From: an uncultured Enterobacteriaceae bacterium
Lineage (GTDB): Bacteria > Myxococcota_A > UBA9042
Length of the DNA: 64,000 nucleotides
Assembly: GCA_964586155.1 (NCBI GenBank)
Contig: CAZPHC010000002.1
Coordinates: forward strand, 8,403 to 72,402
Direction: 5' to 3'
The notes beneath the pieces were generated by a model, which saw only the letters and a list, made by a program, of their open reading frames with translations, had not been told where the DNA came from and did no database searches. Each line of letters begins with the position of its first letter. The first letter of the stretch is position 1. This document shows, piece after piece, positions 59,573 to 64,000 of this stretch. The position numbers were made by a program, and so were the translations under genes.

Positions 59573-61297
59573 CTAGAACGCGGCGCGCAGGCTCGCGCCG
59601 GCGAACTCGGGGCCGAATGCGGGCAGCAGCTGCGCCTGTTGCGCGCCACCGTCGCTGCCGATCAGCATCCAGAGGCCGCCCAGCACGCCGACCGCGCCGA
59701 CGCCGCTGGCGATGGCGCCGATCCGCCAGGTGCCCTGGGCGCTGTCGAAGGCCGCGTCGTAGCGCTTGTCGCGCAGCGGCAGCCCGTTGGCGGCCTCGCC
59801 GACCTTGACCGACGAGAGCATCAGCCAGCCGCCCGCGCCCGACGCCGCCGCGCCCAAGCCGATCAGCAGCAGGCCGCGGCCGGTCCGCGAGAGGCCGTCA
59901 CGGCTGAGCAGGTACGCGCCGCCGACGCCCAGCGCCACGGCGCCAGCGCCAGCGATGCCGTAGCCGGTGTAGGTCAGCGTCTCGCCCTTGCTGTAGGCGG
60001 CCGCGTAGCCCGAGGCGCCGACGCGCATCGCGTTGGCGGCCTGCGCCTGCTGGACGCCGAGCAGCGCGGTCGCCACGCCGCCGCCGACCAGCAGGGTGCC
60101 GATACCGGCCCAGACGACGCCCTTGAGCTTGGACGAAGCCGGCCCGGACGCTGCCGATCCGCCGTCGCCGGCCGTGTCGCCGCTGTCGCCGCTGTCGCCG
60201 CCGTCGTCGCCGCCATCCGGGCCGCCCCGCGGGGGCTCGCGCTCGGCGCCGCGCGGCTCGCTGCTGCGCGGGGCCTCCGGGTCGTCCTCGCCGTCGTCGC
60301 GGCCCTTCGGCTGGGCGTCCTCGGCGCTGCCGCTGACTTCGGGCCGGACGCCCTTGCTGCGCAGACGGTCGTGCGGGCGGTGGCCGAGCTCGTGGCGCTC
60401 GCCCCGGTTCGCCAGCTCCAGCGGCGTCAGCGGCCGGTCGACGTTCGACGCGGTCGGGCGGTTGCGGCGCAGGGCACCGGCCCGCTCGAGCGTCACGGTG
60501 ACGAGGCGTTGCTGCGCCGGCTCGAGCTGGAATGCGTCGGTGTAGGATTCGAAGCCGTCGGCCCGGACCTCCACCATGCGCTTGCCGGCCGGCACGTTGA
60601 AGCTGCGCCGGGTCGAGAGGCCCGCGTAGACGCCGTCGATCCAGACCTCGGCGGTGACCGGCGCGACCTCGACCTGGATCGTCGCCGGGCGGACGTCGAC
60701 CAGGCGCACCGTGACGCTGCGCTCTTCGCCAGCCTTGGCGTCGATGATGCGGTCCTCGCCGCCGTAGCCGGGCATCGACGCGATCATCTGGTGCGAGCCG
60801 CTGCGCAGCCAGACCCTGTAGCGCGCGCGCTTGGGTAGCAAGGGGACGTCGTCGATCGAGATGGTCGCCGTGACGGGCTGCACCAGGATCTCGACGCGGC
60901 CGACGTTGGCGTCGCGCAGCGGCCATCGCAGATCGCGCAGCATCGCTTCGGCGCGCTGGTGGGCGTTGTCACGGTCCGGCGCGACCAGTGCGCGTTCGGC
61001 CCAGTTCGCCGCCGAGCTGACGTTGCCGCGCTTGCGCTGGTCTTCGGCGACCTCCATCGCCAGCGTCGACGACGGCGATCGGTTGTAGCGGCTCAGCGCG
61101 GCCGGCAGGTCGACCTGGGCCTTCGCCTCTGGGACCGAGGCCAGCGCCGTGGCGATCGTGGCCAGGACCAGGGCGATGCGGAGCAGGGCACCCAGGCCGA
61201 CGCGCCGGGGGCCGCGACGCTCGCGAGACGAGGTCGTCGCCGCCGCAGCCGAGCGCCGGGACGAAGCGGACCGCGAAGGGGCGAAGCGTTCGGTCAT
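59573..61297 (-). CDS. Membrane protein with two PEGA-like domains, an acidic disordered linker and a Gly-rich multi-TM C-terminus
   Basis: A signal peptide follows the ATG at 61297. The PEGA-like motifs are ATISIDDVPL...PGY and AEVWIDGVYAG. The 600-aa track ORF has an extension. Confidence 0.7.
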   Translation of the reverse strand: MTERFAPSRSASSRRSAAAATTSSRERRGPRRVGLGALLRIALVLATIATALASVPEAKAQVDLPAALSRYNRSPSSTLAMEVAEDQRKRGNVSSAANWAERALVAPDRDNAHQRAEAMLRDLRWPLRDANVGRVEILVQPVTATISIDDVPLLPKRARYRVWLRSGSHQMIASMPGYGGEDRIIDAKAGEERSVTVRLVDVRPATIQVEVAPVTAEVWIDGVYAGLSTRRSFNVPAGKRMVEVRADGFESYTDAFQLEPAQQRLVTVTLERAGALRRNRPTASNVDRPLTPLELANRGERHELGHRPHDRLRSKGVRPEVSGSAEDAQPKGRDDGEDDPEAPRSSEPRGAEREPPRGGPDGGDDGGDSGDSGDTAGDGGSAASGPASSKLKGVVWAGIGTLLVGGGVATALLGVQQAQAANAMRVGASGYAAAYSKGETLTYTGYGIAGAGAVALGVGGAYLLSRDGLSRTGRGLLLIGLGAAASGAGGWLMLSSVKVGEAANGLPLRDKRYDAAFDSAQGTWRIGAIASGVGAVGVLGGLWMLIGSDGGAQQAQLLPAFGPEFAGASLRAAF

Positions 61298-61510
61298 GGG
61301 CGTCGCATCGGGCCCTGGTCGTCGGCCAGGGCGCGGGTCAGGGCCATGGGGCGCGGCGCAGGAACCTGCGTGCACCAGGGACTGCGGGCGCCGAGGGGCG
61401 GGTTGGGACGCAGGGACCGCGTGTTGCGGGCCCGCTCGGCAGTCCCACCGAGCCTAGCACATCGTTGTCACGGCGCCAGCGACCGGCGCAATTCCGCGTC
61501 CAAGCGCGGC

Positions 61511-62554
61511 TCACGGCGATCCGCGCGGCACCCGCCGCAGTGGCTGCACGACCTCCGCGCGGCCCTCGACGTCGAAGAAGCGCAGCGTGGCCTCGTCGCC
61601 GCGCAGCTCCAGGTCCGCCCAGCCGAGCGTGCTGGCCACGAAGCGCGTCCGCTCGGTGCGCGTCACCGAACGCAGCTTGGAGCCGGCACCGGACACCACG
61701 AGCAGGATGTCGCACTCCGGCGTCAGGATCTGCTTGTCGTGGTCGTGTCCGGCGAAGAACACGTCCGCCTTGCCGCAGAGGTGGCTGGCGTACCAGCGCG
61801 CCATCTCGGGGGGGGCGTCGCCGTGCCGCCCGCCTGAGATCCACGGGTGGTGGCCCAGGACGATGACCCAGCGGTCGCCGACCCGCTGGCTCTCGGCCAG
61901 GACGGCGTCGAGCCAGCGCCCCTGCGCGGTGTCGAGGCGGTTGGTGTCGAGCGCGACCAGGCGCACCCCGCCGATCACGGTGGTGTAGTAGCGCGCCGGG
62001 AAGTGCACGTCGGGCCCGCCGGGTGCCGGAGCGTCGCCAAAGGCGTCGATCCAGGCGTCAGGCGAGCCCTGGTAGTCGTGGTTGCCCAGCGTCAGCCACG
62101 TCGGCGTGCCCACCGCCACCGCCTGCCGCACGAAGTGGCTCTGCAGCACGGGGTCGTCCTTGGACCGGATCCCCGATGGGTAGATGATGTCGCCGGCGTG
62201 GAGGAAGGCGTCGCAGCGCGCCTGGCGGCAGTGGCGGCCCATCGCCTTGGCCACCGACCATTGGTCGTCGTCGTTCTCACCCGTGTCGCCGACGACGACG
62301 AGGTGGGTCGGCGTCGCGGTCGAAGGCGGCGGGACGGCCGAAGCGAGCGGACGGGAGAGCGTCAGGGGGGCGAGCGTCGCGGCGGTGGCTCCCGGCGCCA
62401 GGCCACCAGAACCCGGCTCGATGGTGCCGAAAAGCGACTCACGCAGGGAGGCGATCGCGGCGCAGCCGGTGGGGCCGACGAGCGCGACGCCAGCGAGGAC
62501 GATCAGCGCGGCGCGTGCGAGCACGGTCCGCCGATCGGACCGCCAGCGCTTCAT
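61511..62554 (-). CDS. Calcineurin-like metallophosphoesterase lipoprotein (purple acid phosphatase-like)
   Basis: The lipobox is LVGPTGC. Motifs VVGDTGE, GDIIYP, GNHD and GHHP...GHDH are present. Confidence 0.85.
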   Translation of the reverse strand: MKRWRSDRRTVLARAALIVLAGVALVGPTGCAAIASLRESLFGTIEPGSGGLAPGATAATLAPLTLSRPLASAVPPPSTATPTHLVVVGDTGENDDDQWSVAKAMGRHCRQARCDAFLHAGDIIYPSGIRSKDDPVLQSHFVRQAVAVGTPTWLTLGNHDYQGSPDAWIDAFGDAPAPGGPDVHFPARYYTTVIGGVRLVALDTNRLDTAQGRWLDAVLAESQRVGDRWVIVLGHHPWISGGRHGDAPPEMARWYASHLCGKADVFFAGHDHDKQILTPECDILLVVSGAGSKLRSVTRTERTRFVASTLGWADLELRGDEATLRFFDVEGRAEVVQPLRRVPRGSP

Positions 62555-62817
62555 GCAATCGGCTTCTTGGCCGCGCCGGTCTTGGTCTCGCGGCGATCGG
62601 AGTGGAGCTTGTCAGCCTTCTCTTGCATGTTCGCGACCTTGCGGTAGAGCTGCGAGAAGTCCGGGTTCTGGATGTACTTCATCAGATGGTTGCGGCCACG
62701 AAACTCGGTCGTGGTCGCAGTGTCGATGATTTCCTTGAGAATCCGGATCTCGGTCCGCGTAAACGAGTTGCTGACGCGGATGACCGGCTGGCTGTTCTTC
62801 GACGTGGCGGTTGTCAT
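62551..62817 (-). CDS. Small hypothetical protein (88 aa), Lys/Thr/Asn-rich, in a locally low-GC (about 57%) segment
   Basis: The ATG at 62817 has GGAG 9 nt upstream. Its stop overlaps the phosphoesterase start by 4 nt. I recognise no family. Confidence 0.6.
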   Translation of the reverse strand: MTTATSKNSQPVIRVSNSFTRTEIRILKEIIDTATTTEFRGRNHLMKYIQNPDFSQLYRKVANMQEKADKLHSDRRETKTGAAKKPIA

Positions 62818-62927
62818 CGGGATGGTCTCCCTGCGTGGTCCAAGAGGATGGCGACGCGGTGCGCGCTCCGGTCCGTTCGGGACCGCCAAACGGTCACAAC
62901 GCTGTGCAACGTGAGGTTCGTTGACCA

Positions 62928-62943
62928 CGGCACCCGTGGTGCA
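62928..62943 (+). promoter_or_regulatory. Sigma-54-like -24/-12 element (cGGCACc-N4-gTGCA) oriented toward ltaE
   Basis: The GG at 62929-30 and the GC at 62941-42 are exactly the consensus distance apart. The element lies within a palindrome, ccacggcacccgtgg, about 210 nt upstream of the ltaE ATG. Confidence 0.3.
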
Positions 62944-63154
62944 AAGCTCGTGGGACAGTGTGGATCAAGCGGCCCCGCTTGCCTAGCCCCCCCGGCGGAT
63001 CCTTCTTCTGGCCGAGACGTCCGCGGGGCGGCGTGCGGCCGGGCCTCGTGGCCGCGCCATCGCGCAGCCGCGGCCGATGGGCAAGCGCGCGTCCCCGTGC
63101 TACCCTCCCGGCCCCGAAGTCCCGTCCGGTTGCTGACCCCACCTGGGAGGCCCC

Positions 63155-64000
63155 ATGCCGCCGACATCCGCCCCACCCAAGGCTCCTGCAGATATCGGTC
63201 CTGCGCCCCCTCGGCGTCGCAGCGGAGCGCTCGTGGCCGCGCCGTCGGCCTCGACGCCGCTGGTCGATCTGCGCAGCGACACCGTGACCCGTCCCACGGC
63301 CGCCATGCGCCAGGCGATGGTCGAAGCCGAGGTCGGTGACGACGGCTTCGGCGACGATCCGACGGTGCTCGCGCTGCAAGCGCGGGTCGCGGCGATGCTG
63401 CAGAAGGAAGCCGCGATCTTCGTGCCGTCGGGGACGATGGCCAACCAGATCGCGATCCGCCTGCACACGCAGCCGGGCGACGCGATGATTTGCCACGCGC
63501 AATGCCACATCGCGCACCACGAGGCGGGTGCGGCCCCGGCGCTCTCGGGCGTCACGCTGCTCAAGGTCGACTCCGACGACGGCACGCTTGGCGTCGACGA
63601 CGTCGCCGCGCTGCTCTTTGTCGGCGAGGACGGCCGGACGCCGCCGACGCGGCTGGTCGCGATCGAGAACACGCACAACATGTGCGGCGGCCGCATCGTG
63701 CCGCAGCCACAGATCGACGCCGTCGCCGCGCTGGCACGCCGCACGGGGGTGGCCCTGCACCTGGACGGCGCACGCCTGTGGAACACGCACATCGCGACCG
63801 GGCGCAGCCTCGGCGAGCTCGCGGCGCCGTTCACCACCGTCTCGGTCTGCCTGAGCAAGGGCCTCGGCGCCCCTGCCGGCAGCGTGCTCGCCGGCCCGGC
63901 GGATCTGATCCAGCGGGCGCGCCGGCTCCGCCGCATGTTCGGCGGCATGATGCGTCAGGTCGGGGTGCTGGCTGGCGCCGGCCTGCACGCGCTCGACCAT
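63155..64000 (+). CDS. ltaE: low-specificity L-threonine aldolase (PLP-dependent), truncated at its 3' end by the window edge
   Basis: My own translation from the ATG at 63155 (GGGAGG upstream) reads ...[15 protein letters not shown]...[12 protein letters not shown]..., matching the LtaE/GLY1 N-terminal signature. It continues to the window end. Confidence 0.85.
   Translation, partial: MPPTSAPPKAPADIGPAPPRRRSGALVAAPSASTPLVDLRSDTVTRPTAAMRQAMVEAEVGDDGFGDDPTVLALQARVAAMLQKEAAIFVPSGTMANQIAIRLHTQPGDAMICHAQCHIAHHEAGAAPALSGVTLLKVDSDDGTLGVDDVAALLFVGEDGRTPPTRLVAIENTHNMCGGRIVPQPQIDAVAALARRTGVALHLDGARLWNTHIATGRSLGELAAPFTTVSVCLSKGLGAPAGSVLAGPADLIQRARRLRRMFGGMMRQVGVLAGAGLHALDH

Noticed and set aside
59546-59573. 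Possible bidirectional terminator hairpin between the convergent AAA-TPR and PEGA genes (gccgggcgccggacacccgggcggc)
   Set aside because: The stem is imperfect and no U-run follows. Intrinsic terminators are in any case uncommon in genomes of this GC content, so it is too weak to call.

Overview
This is a high-GC (about 70%) chromosomal segment with the hallmarks of a myxobacterial (Myxococcales-like) genome. The evidence for that is a MYXO-CTERM sorting tail, many secreted lipoproteins carrying tandem cysteine-rich repeats, a eukaryotic-like Ser/Thr kinase, and PEGA, TSP3 and delta-60-like repeat domains. I call 41 protein-coding genes. I found no rRNA, tRNA, CRISPR array, transposase, integrase or phage genes. 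The recognisable housekeeping content is glyA, a FadB'-type bifunctional 3-hydroxyacyl-CoA dehydrogenase/enoyl-CoA hydratase, a hemE-hemY-hemA heme operon, mutS2, an inositol monophosphatase and a partial ltaE. Immediately after the heme operon comes part of the aerobic benzoyl-CoA (box) pathway, in the order boxC-boxB-enoyl-CoA hydratase-3-hydroxyacyl-CoA dehydrogenase, followed by an nfeD-flotillin pair. The accessory content is dominated by very large secreted lipoproteins of 711, 1546 and 2007 aa built from cysteine repeats. Two of these flank an ECF sigma/anti-sigma pair and a FemAB-like acyltransferase. The third sits beside a cysteine-rich VWA lipoprotein and a five-gene TonB-dependent receptor and ABC-importer operon whose permease and ATPase are fused into one polypeptide. 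Because the GC content is so high, almost every real gene casts long spurious ORFs on the opposite strand and upstream of its true start. I resolved the true starts using recognisable protein N-termini and ribosome-binding sites. I cannot demonstrate a single previously undescribed system from sequence alone. The best candidates for something new are the ECF-sigma-linked cysteine-repeat exoprotein module with a nearby CPBP protease (a possible myxosortase), the CglB-like VWA lipoprotein paired with the giant adhesin, the tail-anchored kinase with a downstream NYN nuclease, and a low-GC micro-island carrying an 88-aa protein and a sigma-54-like promoter motif.
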